64,000 bases of DNA, from the NCBI GenBank assembly GCA_024642525.1, contig JAHEAX010000009.1, forward strand, positions 6,889-70,888. Direction: 5' to 3'. The position numbers and the translations under genes are program-made. Shown piece by piece: positions 43,242 to 53,635 of the stretch; positions within the stretch are counted from its first letter, which is position 1; each line of letters begins with the position of its first letter. The notes beneath the pieces were generated by a model that did not search any database, had not been told where the DNA came from, and was given only the letters and a program-made list of their open reading frames with translations. The DNA comes from Erythrobacteraceae bacterium (lineage in GTDB: Bacteria; Pseudomonadota; Alphaproteobacteria; Sphingomonadales; Sphingomonadaceae).

Positions 43242-44714
43242 TCAGCCATCCCGGCCCACAAATTGTTGATCCACGAAACGGGTCACTAGCCTGCCCAGAC
43301 CGATCGAGTTGGAGCCTTTGACGAGAATGGCGTCACCAGCGGTAACTCCGAACTCTTCCAGCGCCGCAATTGCCTCGGCAGGTCCATCGCAATGCGCGAA
43401 GGAAAGCCCATTGCCAAGCGCATTGCCTGCGCCTTTCCCCAAGTCCCGTGCAAGGGCGCGCATTTCTTCACCCACAAGTATGGCAAAATCCACTTTCGCC
43501 TCGGCCAGCGGCTCTGCCAGCTGGGAATGGAAACGTGGTGCAAAATCACCCAGTTCCTTCATCGAACCCAGCACCGCAATACGCCGCGTGGCAGGTGTCT
43601 GGCCCAATGCACGCAAAGTGGCGCGCATGGAGGCAGGGTTTGCATTGTAACTTTCGTCTATCAGCAGGGCCTTGCCGCCCGGTGCCTTGATCTGGTGGCG
43701 TGCGCCGCGTCCTTTGAGGCCACCCATTTCCGCAAGTGCCAGCCCTGCGGCACCCAGATCGCCGCCTGCTGCGCGCACGGCGGCCATCACGGCAAGCGAA
43801 TTGGAAATCCAGTGATCGCCCGGTTCAGCGACGGAATAGCACATTCTGGTGGTGCCAAGATCAGCTGTCACCAGCGACCCGCCATTGGCAGACGGGATCG
43901 CGTCGAGCAGCCGCACATCGGCATGGGCCGCGCGGCCAAAGGACACGACCTTTGCGCCTGCCTTCACGGCATGATCTCGCAGCCGCTCGAAGAACGGGCT
44001 GTCGGCCGGAATGACGGCAGTGCCGCCTGCTTCCAGCCCGCCGAAAATCTCTGCCTTGGCGTCTGCGATTGCCTCTTCACTGCCGAGGTTTTCGATATGT
44101 GCAGGGGCGATCGTGGTGATGACAGCGATATGCGGGCGCACCTGCCGCGTCAGTCCGGCAATTTCGCCAGCATGGTTCATTCCCATTTCGAACAGGCCGA
44201 AGAGGCTGCGCGAGGGCATACGTGCAAGGCTGAGCGGGACGCCGACATGGTTGTTGTAACTGCGCACGGAACGGTGTGCCTGGCCGCGGCTGGCGCGGTC
44301 GAGCGAAGCGAAGATTGCTTCCTTCACGCCGGTCTTGCCAACAGACCCTGTCACGCCGATGCGGACAGCCTTGCTGCGCAGACGGGCAGCCTTGGCCAGC
44401 ATTTCCAGCGCAGCATTGGTGTCGGCCACGAGGATATGCGGAAAATCGACCGGCCGATCGACCACGGCTGCAGCCGCGCCATTGGCAAATGCCTTGTCGA
44501 GGAATTTGTGGCCATCGGTGCTTTCACCGCTCAGAGCAAAGAACAGGTCGCCGCTGCGCACATCGCGGGAATCAATTTCAACGCCGGAAACCTGGAAATC
44601 CGCACTGGCGATGCCGCCGGTTGCTTCTGCAATTGCCTGTGCGTCCCACAATACGATGGGCAATGCGTCACGCGTAGTGACGGGCCAATGGCGCAAGGCG
44701 CGATGGGCGATCAT
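43242..44714 (-). CDS. murF: UDP-N-acetylmuramoyl-tripeptide--D-alanyl-D-alanine ligase
   Basis: Mur-ligase P-loop VTGSVGKTGV and LIDESYNANPASM. Abuts the mraY start. Confidence 0.95.
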   Translation of the reverse strand: MIAHRALRHWPVTTRDALPIVLWDAQAIAEATGGIASADFQVSGVEIDSRDVRSGDLFFALSGESTDGHKFLDKAFANGAAAAVVDRPVDFPHILVADTNAALEMLAKAARLRSKAVRIGVTGSVGKTGVKEAIFASLDRASRGQAHRSVRSYNNHVGVPLSLARMPSRSLFGLFEMGMNHAGEIAGLTRQVRPHIAVITTIAPAHIENLGSEEAIADAKAEIFGGLEAGGTAVIPADSPFFERLRDHAVKAGAKVVSFGRAAHADVRLLDAIPSANGGSLVTADLGTTRMCYSVAEPGDHWISNSLAVMAAVRAAGGDLGAAGLALAEMGGLKGRGARHQIKAPGGKALLIDESYNANPASMRATLRALGQTPATRRIAVLGSMKELGDFAPRFHSQLAEPLAEAKVDFAILVGEEMRALARDLGKGAGNALGNGLSFAHCDGPAEAIAALEEFGVTAGDAILVKGSNSIGLGRLVTRFVDQQFVGRDG

Positions 44715-46207
44715 TGGCTTGCTCCACGCGGGGCAGCAGCTTCGCGCGCAACCGTCACATCATCAAATTGCAGAATACGCATATTCTCTCCCGAGCCGAT
44801 GATCTGGCCCTGTTCGTGTCCCTTGCCCGCAATCAAGACGATGTCGTCGCGGCCCGCTTCTGAAACTGCGGCAAATATTGCTTCCCGGCGGTCGCCAATT
44901 TCGCGTGCACCGGATGTATCGCGCAGCACTTCAGCGCGGATTGTTGCCGGGTCTTCGCTGCGCGGATTATCGTCTGTCACAATGGCAACGTCGGATTTTT
45001 CCGCAGCGATACGGCCCATTTCCGCCCGCTTGCCATGGTCGCGGTCACCGCCTGCGCCAAACACGGTGATGAGCCGTCCGCTGACATGGGGCCGCAAGGC
45101 GGCAATGGCCGCTTCAATCGCATCAGGCGTATGCGCGTAGTCAACATAAACCGGCGCGCCGGCCTGGTTGATTGCGGCCCGTTCCAACCGGCCGCGCACA
45201 GGCTGAAGCCGTGCTACGCCATCAAAAGTCATGGCGACATCGCCGCCGGTCGCCAGCACCAATCCTGCAGAAACGAGCGCATTTTCAGCCTGATAAGCGC
45301 CGATGAGCGGAAGATTTATCGTCCGCTTCTGGCCTTCATACTCGATTTCCAGTGTCTGCCCCAACTGGGTGGGCGTACGCGACAACAAGCGTAGTGAAGT
45401 TCCAGCATCCCCAACCGTAAACAGGCGCAATCCGCGTTGCTTGGCATGGTCGATTACGCGGTCAGTCCATTCGCCGCTGCCGGTCCAGATCACTGCTGCT
45501 GCATCATCTGCCACCACTTCGTCGAACAGGCGCATCTTTGCCGCGAAATAGTCTTCCATGTCGTGGTGATAATCGAGATGGTCGCGGGTGAAATTGGTGA
45601 AGGCCGCCGCGCTGACCTGAATCCCTTCGTTCCGATATTGCGAAAGCCCGTGGCTCGACGCTTCATAGGCGACGTGGGTTACCCCCTCGCGCGCGAGGCC
45701 CGACATATTCGACAGGAAGGTGACAATATCCGGCGTGGTCAGCCCGGTAGAGACGCTTTCATCGGGCGTAGTTACGCCGAGCGTGCCAATGGATGCGGCC
45801 CGTTCGCCCGCCATCCGCCATAACTGGCGCGTCATTTCTACGGTGGAGGTTTTGCCGTTGGTGCCGGTCACCGCGACGATGGTCTTGGGAACGGGGCTGA
45901 AGAAACGTGCGGCCAGCGCGGCGAAACTGCGGCGCGGGTTGTCGCTGGCGATGTGGATTGCGCCATCCACCCTGGCCTGCGGGCGTGCGACTATTGCAAC
46001 GGCACCTGCGACGATGGCTGCGGGGATGAAATCTTCGCCATTGACCACCGCCCCCTGAAACGCGCCAAATACGGTTCCGGGTGCGACTTTGCGATGGTCA
46101 ATGGCAAAGCCTGTAACTTCCTTGTCGGCAATATCCTGATTGTCCTGGGCCGTGCCCGTTCCAACCAGCGAAATGCCTGCAGCTTCCGCGATCCTGCCCA
46201 GCTTCAT
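44711..46207 (-). CDS. murE: UDP-N-acetylmuramoyl-L-alanyl-D-glutamate--2,6-diaminopimelate ligase
   Basis: VTGTNGKTST P-loop, and DYAHTPDAIE followed by the DNPR motif (VTDDNPRSE) typical of meso-DAP-adding MurE. Confidence 0.95.
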   Translation of the reverse strand: MKLGRIAEAAGISLVGTGTAQDNQDIADKEVTGFAIDHRKVAPGTVFGAFQGAVVNGEDFIPAAIVAGAVAIVARPQARVDGAIHIASDNPRRSFAALAARFFSPVPKTIVAVTGTNGKTSTVEMTRQLWRMAGERAASIGTLGVTTPDESVSTGLTTPDIVTFLSNMSGLAREGVTHVAYEASSHGLSQYRNEGIQVSAAAFTNFTRDHLDYHHDMEDYFAAKMRLFDEVVADDAAAVIWTGSGEWTDRVIDHAKQRGLRLFTVGDAGTSLRLLSRTPTQLGQTLEIEYEGQKRTINLPLIGAYQAENALVSAGLVLATGGDVAMTFDGVARLQPVRGRLERAAINQAGAPVYVDYAHTPDAIEAAIAALRPHVSGRLITVFGAGGDRDHGKRAEMGRIAAEKSDVAIVTDDNPRSEDPATIRAEVLRDTSGAREIGDRREAIFAAVSEAGRDDIVLIAGKGHEQGQIIGSGENMRILQFDDVTVAREAAAPRGASQ

Positions 46208-47928
46208 TCGTCGCCGCCCGGGATAAGGGGGCGCAGATCGCTGATGTCGACATCACGCGTATTATCGGGTCGGACACCAAGGATGGGGCCGATGCGCGGC
46301 ACGAGGCGACCCACGATTGGCGCGGCGTTCCATGCAGCCGTGCGCTGGAACGAACTGGCGGTGGTGCCCTTGGGTTCATCCAGCATCGCGATGATGACAT
46401 AGCGCGGCTTGTCCATCGGGAATGCTGCGGCGAAGGTAGAAACCAGCGAAGACCGGCGATAGCCGCCCGCGCCCGGCTTCTCTGCACTGCCCGTCTTGCC
46501 GCCAACGCGGAAACCGGGCGCATCGGCATTCTTGCCCGTGCCATAAACAGCAATCATGCGAAGCAGCTGCCGCATCCGGTAGCTGGTCGATGCCTTGAAC
46601 ACGCGCCGGCCCTTGGGCGCAGTGCCGGGGGCAAGCTTGTGCATGGTGGCAGGGCGCCATACCCCGCCATTCACCATCGCTGCATAGGCACTGGCGAGAT
46701 GCAGCGGCGTGACCGCGATGCCGTGGCCATAGCTGACAGTCATGTTTCGCAGGCGCGGCCAGTTGTCGCCCGGCCAGATGGGGAAGCCCTTGGCCGGCAA
46801 TTCGATATAGGGGCGTTCGTTCATGCCCAGATCGATCATGGTCTGGCGCAGGCGCTTGGGGCCAAGATCGTCGGCAATCTGCGCAGTGACGATGTTGGAC
46901 GAATGGATCAGCGCCTCCGGCACGTTCAGCGACGCGCCGATGGTGTGGCTGTCACGGATGGAAAAGCGCCCGATCTTGAGCGGACGGTTGGCCTGGTAAC
47001 GCTTGCTGAAATCTCGAACGACACCGGCATCAATAGCAGCGGCAACGGTCAGCGGCTTGAAGGTGGAACCCAGTTCATAGACCTGGTTGGTCACGCGGTT
47101 GAACATGAGGTCGACACCGGCAGCGTCGATCTTGTTGGGGTCGAATTCGGGCAGGGATGCCAGCGCCAGAACTTCGCCTGTATCCACGTCCAGCACGATG
47201 CCTGCTGCGCCCATGGCATTGGTGGAAAGCATTCCGCGGCGAAGTTCATCTTCCAGCGCGCCTTGCGCACGAAGATCGATGGACAGCGCGACCGGCTGGC
47301 CGCGGGTTGCCGGGTCGCGAAGATGCTGGTTCAGCACCTGCTCCATACCGACCTTGCCGTTGCCTGCTGCATCGACATAGCCAAGAACGTGCGCGCCCAT
47401 GGAACCTTGCGGATAGTGGCGGTCGGTTTCCTGCGGCAGTTCGAGCGAGAGTTCGCCGATAGCCTGCACCCGGTTTGCCTGTTCTGGCAGGACGCGGCGC
47501 TGGATATAGCCCCTTTCGCCCGCCGCCAGCCTGGCCGCGACATCATCAACGTCAAGATCAGGAAAAACAGCCTTCAGCTTCGCCGCGACTTCGCTTGCCG
47601 GATGGACCAGCGGGTTCTTGGGATCACCCATGGCTTCGGGGTTGTACCACAGGGCATAGGCCGGAAATGCACGGGCCAGTGGCGCACCGTTCCTATCCGT
47701 GATTTCACCGCGCGGGGGAAGCAGTGCGTCTGCAAGGCTGGTAACCCTGGTCGCCCGGTCGCTGAGGCCGAGAAAGCCGATACGCACGATTGCCGCGCTG
47801 GCGACGATCATGAATATGAGCGCGATCCACAAAACCCGCAGGCGTGCGACATTCAAGGATTGCTGGCGAATGCTGACCAGCCGGACCCGGCCAGATGAAA
47901 TTGCAGTGCTGACCGTCAGGGCATTCAT
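46204..47928 (-). CDS. ftsI: peptidoglycan D,D-transpeptidase FtsI (PBP3)
   Basis: N-terminal TM. Transpeptidase motifs STFKP (SxxK), HSSN (SxN), KTGSA (KTG). Confidence 0.95.
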   Translation of the reverse strand: MNALTVSTAISSGRVRLVSIRQQSLNVARLRVLWIALIFMIVASAAIVRIGFLGLSDRATRVTSLADALLPPRGEITDRNGAPLARAFPAYALWYNPEAMGDPKNPLVHPASEVAAKLKAVFPDLDVDDVAARLAAGERGYIQRRVLPEQANRVQAIGELSLELPQETDRHYPQGSMGAHVLGYVDAAGNGKVGMEQVLNQHLRDPATRGQPVALSIDLRAQGALEDELRRGMLSTNAMGAAGIVLDVDTGEVLALASLPEFDPNKIDAAGVDLMFNRVTNQVYELGSTFKPLTVAAAIDAGVVRDFSKRYQANRPLKIGRFSIRDSHTIGASLNVPEALIHSSNIVTAQIADDLGPKRLRQTMIDLGMNERPYIELPAKGFPIWPGDNWPRLRNMTVSYGHGIAVTPLHLASAYAAMVNGGVWRPATMHKLAPGTAPKGRRVFKASTSYRMRQLLRMIAVYGTGKNADAPGFRVGGKTGSAEKPGAGGYRRSSLVSTFAAAFPMDKPRYVIIAMLDEPKGTTASSFQRTAAWNAAPIVGRLVPRIGPILGVRPDNTRDVDISDLRPLIPGGDE

Positions 47929-48440
47929 TCTGCTACCTGCGCGCCAAAGCTGCCATTACGGGCAAGTCGTTCTGCCAGCGAACGCGTGGCGGAAATGCCT
48001 GTGTCCTGCCTGCGGGCATGGTCACTGACGGTTTCTTCTTCGCTGACGCTTTTGCCGGTCATCGGCGAAACCATCGCAGTAAAGCCAGCTTCTTCAGGCA
48101 CGGACGCGCGGGCAACACGGATCGGGCTTGGCGCGCCGATATCGCGGGCAAGGCCAAGCTGTGCCAGCTCGCGTTCGTTTTCGAGATATTGTTCAGCGCG
48201 CGGCGCGGAATAGCCGAATTCCACCTTGTTCCAGTTCGCCAGCTGCTGCTGGTTGGCGCGCGTTTCGAATTCCGTTTCGAGAATCTGCTTTTCCTGCTCC
48301 AGCGCGATAATCCGGCGCTCGGCCAGTCGCACTTCGCTTTTGACCGCGTTCACCCGGAAAGTCAGGGCGACAAAACCGGTGATGCAGATGCTGAGCGCAA
48401 CGGCCCAGCCGATGTGGCGAAGACGGCTACCGGGTGCCAT
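47925..48440 (-). CDS. ftsL: cell division protein FtsL (alpha-proteobacterial type)
   Basis: 171 aa. One TM (IGWAVALSICITGFVALTF) followed by a coiled coil (EVRLAERRIIALEQEKQILETEFE). Sits between rsmH and ftsI. Confidence 0.8.
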   Translation of the reverse strand: MAPGSRLRHIGWAVALSICITGFVALTFRVNAVKSEVRLAERRIIALEQEKQILETEFETRANQQQLANWNKVEFGYSAPRAEQYLENERELAQLGLARDIGAPSPIRVARASVPEEAGFTAMVSPMTGKSVSEEETVSDHARRQDTGISATRSLAERLARNGSFGAQVAE

Positions 48441-49378
48441 TACGCGGCCTCCCTTGCAGGTGTTGCGGTACGAACAGCGTGGCGCAAGGTCGCTGAACGG
48501 GCGCGGGGATTGTCATTAATCTCGCTTTCCGATGGCCGGATAGCCTTGGAAACCCTGGTGAAAACGGGCGGAACAGGCTTGGCTTCGGGCATATGGCGCG
48601 AACCGCCGCCAGTGGCCGATGCTTCGCGCAGGAAGCGTTTGACGATGCGGTCTTCAAGGCTGTGAAAGCTGACGACTGCCAGCCGGCCGCCTTCGCGAAG
48701 GACTTTTTCGGCAGCCGAAAGGCCATGCGTCAATTCGTCCAGTTCTGCATTCACATGGATACGGACAGCCTGGAAACTGCGTGTTGCCGGGTCCTTCGGC
48801 GCACCTGGATGGTGGCCCAGCGCCTTGCGCACAACGCGGGCAAATTCGCCAGTGGTCGTCAGCGGGCGCGCTGCCACGATTGCGCGGGCAACACGGCGCG
48901 ACTGGCGTTCTTCACCATAAAGATAAAGCACGTCTGCAATCGCTTCGTCGCTGGCGGTATTGAGGAAATCTGCCGCGCTATCGCCTTCCTGCGACATGCG
49001 CATGTCGAGCGGGCCATCCGACGAAAACGCAAAACCGCGTTCGGCCTGGTCAAGCTGCATCGAAGAAACGCCGATATCCATTGCCACGCCGTCCACCTGG
49101 CCGACACCGGCTTCCTTCAGCGCCTCTGCCATTTCGGAGAAGCGGCGGGCGTGCAGCACAAGGCGGGGCGGATCTTCACGGGTTTCAGACCACTGCGAAC
49201 CGGCAGCAATGGCATCAGGGTCACGGTCGAAGGCATGAACGGTTGCGCCTGCGTCAAGCAAGGCACGCGAATAACCGCCAGCACCGAAGGTGGCATCAAC
49301 CATCGTATCGCCCGGCTTGGGGGCAAGCGCAGCAATACATTCGTGCATCAGAACGGGGATATGCGGAGCACCAGTCAC
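48440..49378 (-). CDS. rsmH: 16S rRNA (cytosine1402-N4)-methyltransferase
   Basis: [10 protein letters not shown]...[10 protein letters not shown]...[10 protein letters not shown]...[11 protein letters not shown] motifs of RsmH/MraW. Confidence 0.96.
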   Translation of the reverse strand: MTGAPHIPVLMHECIAALAPKPGDTMVDATFGAGGYSRALLDAGATVHAFDRDPDAIAAGSQWSETREDPPRLVLHARRFSEMAEALKEAGVGQVDGVAMDIGVSSMQLDQAERGFAFSSDGPLDMRMSQEGDSAADFLNTASDEAIADVLYLYGEERQSRRVARAIVAARPLTTTGEFARVVRKALGHHPGAPKDPATRSFQAVRIHVNAELDELTHGLSAAEKVLREGGRLAVVSFHSLEDRIVKRFLREASATGGGSRHMPEAKPVPPVFTRVSKAIRPSESEINDNPRARSATLRHAVRTATPAREAA

Positions 49379-49875
49379 TTGCTTCGCGCCTTGGCTTGAG
49401 CTTCTGCAACGAGATTGTCACAGGCAGCTTTGGCGCTTGCCCATTCATCATCCATTTTCGCAAGCTCGGCAGGGTTCCAAATTGTGAAGAACCTGCCTGC
49501 ACCGTTAAAATAAAGGCCATCATCCACATTTCCGAGCACGCGGAGGTGTTCGGGCATCACGAATCGACCACTGTCGTCGAACGGCACTTCGACGAATCCG
49601 AAAAGCTGGGAAGCGCGGGTGTCACGGTCAAACGGACGGTCGGCGCGGAAGGACATTTCTTCTTCGCGGTCGAGCTGGGCGTCGAGTTCCAGCCGGCGTG
49701 AAAGGCCGAAGCCTGTCAGACAGTTCCAGCGGTTGTGCTTGGCAAGACACAGCGTGCGGCCATCGCTGGATTCGCGGACAGCCTTGCGGAAGAGCGGTGG
49801 CAACACGAAACGACCCTTATCGCCTGCCGGCGAATAGGCCTGTCCGCTATACCCTCCAAACGCCGCTGCTGACAC
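49375..49875 (-). CDS. mraZ: transcriptional regulator MraZ
   Basis: GTG start. Two SpoVT/AbrB-like halves, each with a DxxGR motif (GDKGRFVLP and DDSGRFVMP). First gene of the dcw cluster. Confidence 0.92.
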   Translation of the reverse strand: MSAAAFGGYSGQAYSPAGDKGRFVLPPLFRKAVRESSDGRTLCLAKHNRWNCLTGFGLSRRLELDAQLDREEEMSFRADRPFDRDTRASQLFGFVEVPFDDSGRFVMPEHLRVLGNVDDGLYFNGAGRFFTIWNPAELAKMDDEWASAKAACDNLVAEAQAKARSK

Positions 49876-50026
49876 TTACCCCGTTCCCCTCGCCCAAAGG
49901 GCCCATTCCCCCGGACACACCTTCCCCGCTTCCACCCACGCGCAAGCGGGAGTGGCTCGCCCCGCCTTCGCGGAACGCAGCTTGAGACGACCTGTCCAAT
50001 GAGAGTTGGTAATACCTCGCACTATG

Positions 50027-50064
50027 CGGGGATGGAAGGGAAAATTACGGGATTTTACGGGATA
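50027..50064. promoter_or_regulatory. four about-10-bp-phased GGGA direct repeats in the AT-rich mraZ promoter region (candidate MraZ operator)
   Basis: The + strand reads gcGGGGAtggaaGGGAaaattacGGGAttttacGGGAta. GGGA starts at 50029, 50038, 50049 and 50059. TTACGGGAT is exactly duplicated at 50045..50053 and 50055..50063. The repeats lie 154-189 nt upstream of the mraZ GTG. Confidence 0.4.
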
Positions 50065-50144
50065 ACTCTTCAAACCATTGATTTTACCTTATATTTTTAT
50101 TCACCTATCGCAATCGCAACAGTCCATTCGGGATGGCTGCATGT

Positions 50145-50198
50145 AAAAAAATCGAGAGTTTGCGGGTGTTTAAAGGGTGAGACTCGCACAGACACCCG
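50145..50198 (-). terminator. possible terminator of the upstream operon
   Basis: Minus strand: CGGGTGT-(22 nt)-ACACCCG, a perfect 7-bp stem at 50163..50198. It is followed 11 nt later by T7 (50145..50151). The geometry is non-canonical. Confidence 0.35.
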
Positions 50199-50238
50199 AA
50201 GCTATCACGGCTTTTCCCGTGATTTCCCCGATTGGTGT

Positions 50239-51006
50239 TCAGCGCATAGAAAAAGCGTGATTCGCCAGTGCCGAAAGCGCATTTTCTCGCTGCTCGCCTG
50301 AACTTTCAGGGTCGAGTAGGGCCGCATCTGCAATGATCAGCGCAGCGCCCTGTCCAATCTTGCATTGAGCAGCAGCGCCTTCTGCCATAAGCGTGCATTG
50401 CGCAGGCGCATCAGGCGCAGTGGGCACTTCCGTCAGAGTGCCGGACAGGTCCATGGGAATCTCGGTATCCATGATACGGACAATGCGTTCGCCTTGCGGC
50501 TGTGCTTCATCGAAATTGAGCTTGAGCCCCCACCTGCCAAGAATGGGGGATAGCAGCACAACATCCTGCGGGCGGCGGCGGTCGCCGATGTGGAAACGCG
50601 AATGCGATGTCAGCATCGGGTCTGCAAACAGCAGCAGATGCCCGCCCTGCCGCACCCAATCATCCAGCGCGACATTTTCAGACGGGGACAGCGGCCTTGG
50701 CTGGGCAAGAATCAACCGGTCCAGTCCCTTCAGCGCATTTGCACCATCATCCGTTACCAGCGTATTGAGCGGCTTCAGCCTGTTGTCTTTTTCCAATACG
50801 CTGCGCGCCCAGTGGACAGGTGCATCGCCTGCCAGCATTTCATCCAGCCCTTCAGTTTCGGGCCAGTAAATCGGCAAGGTCGACATCAGGCCCAGTTCGG
50901 GCAAGTCTTCAGGGGACCCGGCATCCCGCTGGAACAGCGCGAGGGTGCCCAGTCCGGTGACAAGGGCAATGATGGCAGCGCCAAGCGCCAGGTTGCGGGT
51001 GGACAT
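50239..51006 (-). CDS. hypothetical membrane-anchored periplasmic protein (GldG/ABC_transp_aux-like?)
   Basis: 255 aa from the ATG at 51006. N-terminal TM (LALGAAIIALVTGLGTLALF). LILAQPRPLSPSENVALDDWVRQGGHLLLFADP resembles the GldG-type auxiliary domain, from memory only. The track ORF's 72-aa extension is rejected. Confidence 0.55.
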   Translation of the reverse strand: MSTRNLALGAAIIALVTGLGTLALFQRDAGSPEDLPELGLMSTLPIYWPETEGLDEMLAGDAPVHWARSVLEKDNRLKPLNTLVTDDGANALKGLDRLILAQPRPLSPSENVALDDWVRQGGHLLLFADPMLTSHSRFHIGDRRRPQDVVLLSPILGRWGLKLNFDEAQPQGERIVRIMDTEIPMDLSGTLTEVPTAPDAPAQCTLMAEGAAAQCKIGQGAALIIADAALLDPESSGEQRENALSALANHAFSMR

Positions 51007-51022
51007 GGTCAGCGAAGCGCGA

Positions 51023-51379
51023 TCATTCACCCTGCTCGGGCATGACGGCAGGTTCCTGTGCCGGGCCCGCGGCCGGTTCAGACGGCAGATCTGGCACGAT
51101 TCCGGCTTCTGCCAGCGGATCGTTCTGCACAGGCACGTCAGCGCCGGGCGCAACGGTGGAGGCCGCAGCAGGCACTGCAGTTGCTTCTGATTCCTTGGCC
51201 CTGTCAAAAATGACCTGCGCAAGGCCGACCAGCAAAATCATCAGGGCCACGCCCGATATGCCTATTTGCAAGCGCTGCATGGCTTCAGCCCTGAAACCGC
51301 CGACGATAATCGTTTCCCCGTCATCCTGACGTTCCGGCGCCGGATCGGACGGTTTCGGGAATATGGAAATCAAGGCCAT
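51023..51379 (-). CDS. hypothetical small membrane protein
   Basis: 118 aa. One TM (ISGVALMILLVGLAQVIF) and a Pro/Ala-rich tail. Lies 16 nt upstream of the next gene. Confidence 0.5.
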   Translation of the reverse strand: MALISIFPKPSDPAPERQDDGETIIVGGFRAEAMQRLQIGISGVALMILLVGLAQVIFDRAKESEATAVPAAASTVAPGADVPVQNDPLAEAGIVPDLPSEPAAGPAQEPAVMPEQGE

Positions 51380-51413
51380 AACCCTAAGCTAGTGTGCGAA
51401 GCGGAACAGTCAA

Positions 51414-52424
51414 TCAATCCCGCAGCCAGGGGAATGGAGCAAGGCCCTTGCTGGCCATCCATTCAGCATTGTATATGGTTGAAAGATAACGAAAACCTGT
51501 GTCACACAGGATCGTTGCAACGCGTGGGTCCTCGCGCCCTTCGGCCACCAGTTGGCGCCCGAGTTCGATCGCGCCTGCCACGTTGATGCCCGATGACAGG
51601 CCAAGGCACAGCCCCTCGTCCTGCAAAAGCCGCTCGACCCATTCGAGGCCTGCTTCGTCCGAAATGCGGTATTGCGTATCTATCGGCGCGCCTTCGAGAT
51701 TGGCGGTGATGCGGCCCTGCCCGATGCCTTCGGCGACCGAATTGCCTTCGGACTTCAATTCGCCATGCGCGTAATAATTATACAGCGCCGCGCCATGCGG
51801 ATCGGTCAACGCGATGCGAACATTTTCGTCATGTTCCTTAAGACCCATGCCGACCCCGGCGATGGTGCCGCCAGTGCCTGCAGCGCAGGTGAAACCGTCA
51901 ATTCGGCCTTCCATCTGCGCCCAGATTTCCGCAGCCGTGCCTTCGATGTGGGCCTTGCGGTTGGCGGTGTTGTCAAACTGGTTGGCCCAGACTGCGCCTT
52001 CGGTTTCTTCTGCCAGCCGGCGCGAAGTGTGGACGAAATGGCCGGGGTTGGAAAACGGTGCCGCCGGCACCAGCACCAGCTCCGCACCCAGCGCCCGCAG
52101 CGTGTCCATTTTTTCCCGGCTCTGTGTTTCGGGCATCACGATGATGGTGCGATAGCCAAGAGCATTCGCCACCAGTGCCAGGCCAATTCCGGTGTTACCG
52201 GCAGTACCTTCCACAATGGTACCGCCCGGCTTCAACGCACCGCGGGCTTCTGCATCGCGCACGATATAGAGGGCGGCGCGGTCTTTTACAGACGCGCCCG
52301 GATTGGCAAATTCACACTTGCCCCAGATTTCGCAACCTGCAGCCTCGCTCGGCCCCTGCAGGAGCACGAGCGGTGTATTGCCAATCAGGTCGAGGCTGTC
52401 GGTGCGAACATATGGAACTGTCAT
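51414..52424 (-). CDS. cysteine synthase / CBS-family PLP-dependent enzyme
   Basis: PLP-lysine motif NPGASVKDRAALYIV, GTAGNTGIGLA, and a phosphate loop AAGTGGTIAGV. 336 aa. Confidence 0.85.
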   Translation of the reverse strand: MTVPYVRTDSLDLIGNTPLVLLQGPSEAAGCEIWGKCEFANPGASVKDRAALYIVRDAEARGALKPGGTIVEGTAGNTGIGLALVANALGYRTIIVMPETQSREKMDTLRALGAELVLVPAAPFSNPGHFVHTSRRLAEETEGAVWANQFDNTANRKAHIEGTAAEIWAQMEGRIDGFTCAAGTGGTIAGVGMGLKEHDENVRIALTDPHGAALYNYYAHGELKSEGNSVAEGIGQGRITANLEGAPIDTQYRISDEAGLEWVERLLQDEGLCLGLSSGINVAGAIELGRQLVAEGREDPRVATILCDTGFRYLSTIYNAEWMASKGLAPFPWLRD

Positions 52425-52486
52425 GGTCGCAGAGTTAGGCCGACCGGCGGCCTGCTTCAATGCAGTTCCGCTTTGACCTCAAGAAT

Positions 52487-52804
52487 TCAATCTTCAGGTG
52501 CGATGGCGACCTTCAGCCCGTCGAGATCATCCGTGAACGGAATCTGGCAGGAAAGACGCGAAGTCGAGTTCCGGTAATCGGAGCTTTCCAGAAGGTCGTC
52601 CTCGTCTTCCGACATCGCGGGCAGCTTTTCGACAAAGGACGGGTCCACGTGGATGTGGCAAGTAGCGCAGGAACAGCAGCCGCCGCACAAGGCCAGCAAT
52701 TCGTCAAATCCGTTGTCACGGATGACTTCCATCACCGTCAGGCCTTCGCCTGCTTCTACAGTCGATTCTTCCCCGGCACGGTTTGTGACGATCAGCTTTG
52801 GCAT
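52487..52804 (-). CDS. [2Fe-2S] ferredoxin, adrenodoxin/putidaredoxin type
   Basis: 105 aa. Cluster ligands in [15 protein letters not shown] plus the distal SRLSCQI. The track ORF is extended upstream. Confidence 0.88.
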   Translation of the reverse strand: MPKLIVTNRAGEESTVEAGEGLTVMEVIRDNGFDELLALCGGCCSCATCHIHVDPSFVEKLPAMSEDEDDLLESSDYRNSTSRLSCQIPFTDDLDGLKVAIAPED

Positions 52805-52898
52805 GATAAGCAATTTCCGTTCGCAATCGGCCTGTCGGCCTGTCGGCGCGGCTGCTAAGGGGTATGAGCCGTTTTGGCAAGACAGGAGACACCCGGAC

Positions 52899-53516
52899 AT
52901 GGGTTTGACCGCACAGCAGATCCAGCACGGGATCGACAGCGTATCGCAGATTGAACCGGCTTTTGGCACTGCATTGGAAGCCGCCGGATACCCTGAACCG
53001 CGCATCCGCCCGACCGGCTATCACACCTTGCTTCGCACCATTGTTGGCCAGCAGGTGAGCGTGGCCGCAGCAGCGTCGGTGTGGAACAAGCTGGAAGCGG
53101 AACTGGGCGCGGAAATGCATCCCGAAACCTTGCTTTCGCGCGATTTCGATGCGCTGAGGGCCTGTGGCCTTTCCCGTCAGAAACAAGGCTATGCGCGGTC
53201 ATTATGCGAACTTGTGGCAAATGGGCAGTTGAAGCTGGAAAACCTGCCAGAGGATGATGAAGAAGCGATTGCCGAACTCGTTACAATCAAGGGTATCGGG
53301 CGCTGGTCGGCTGAAATCTATCTCCTGTTTGCAGAAGGCCGGCCCGACATCTGGCCCGCAGGCGACCTGGCGGTGATGGCAGGCCTCCACAAGATCCTGT
53401 CGCTTGACGAACGGCCTGACGAAAAACAGACAAGGGCAATGGCCGAGGCATGGCGGCCGCACCGCGGCGCTATCGCGATCTTCACCTGGCATTGCTATAA
53501 CAACCCTGCGCTTTAA
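52899..53516 (+). CDS. DNA-3-methyladenine glycosylase II-like (HhH-GPD superfamily)
   Basis: ATG preceded by AGGAGA. HhH motif [17 protein letters not shown] and a catalytic-Asp region WPAGDLAV. 205 aa. Confidence 0.82.
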   Translation: MGLTAQQIQHGIDSVSQIEPAFGTALEAAGYPEPRIRPTGYHTLLRTIVGQQVSVAAAASVWNKLEAELGAEMHPETLLSRDFDALRACGLSRQKQGYARSLCELVANGQLKLENLPEDDEEAIAELVTIKGIGRWSAEIYLLFAEGRPDIWPAGDLAVMAGLHKILSLDERPDEKQTRAMAEAWRPHRGAIAIFTWHCYNNPAL

Positions 53517-53635
53517 CTCCTTGGTCGAAGCCACAGGGTCGCCAGCAGATTTGTGATTACGCCAATGCCCGTTCGGGCCCACATCGCCATGCAACACGTC
53601 ACCATGCCAGATACAACGCAGGAAAATATTGCCCA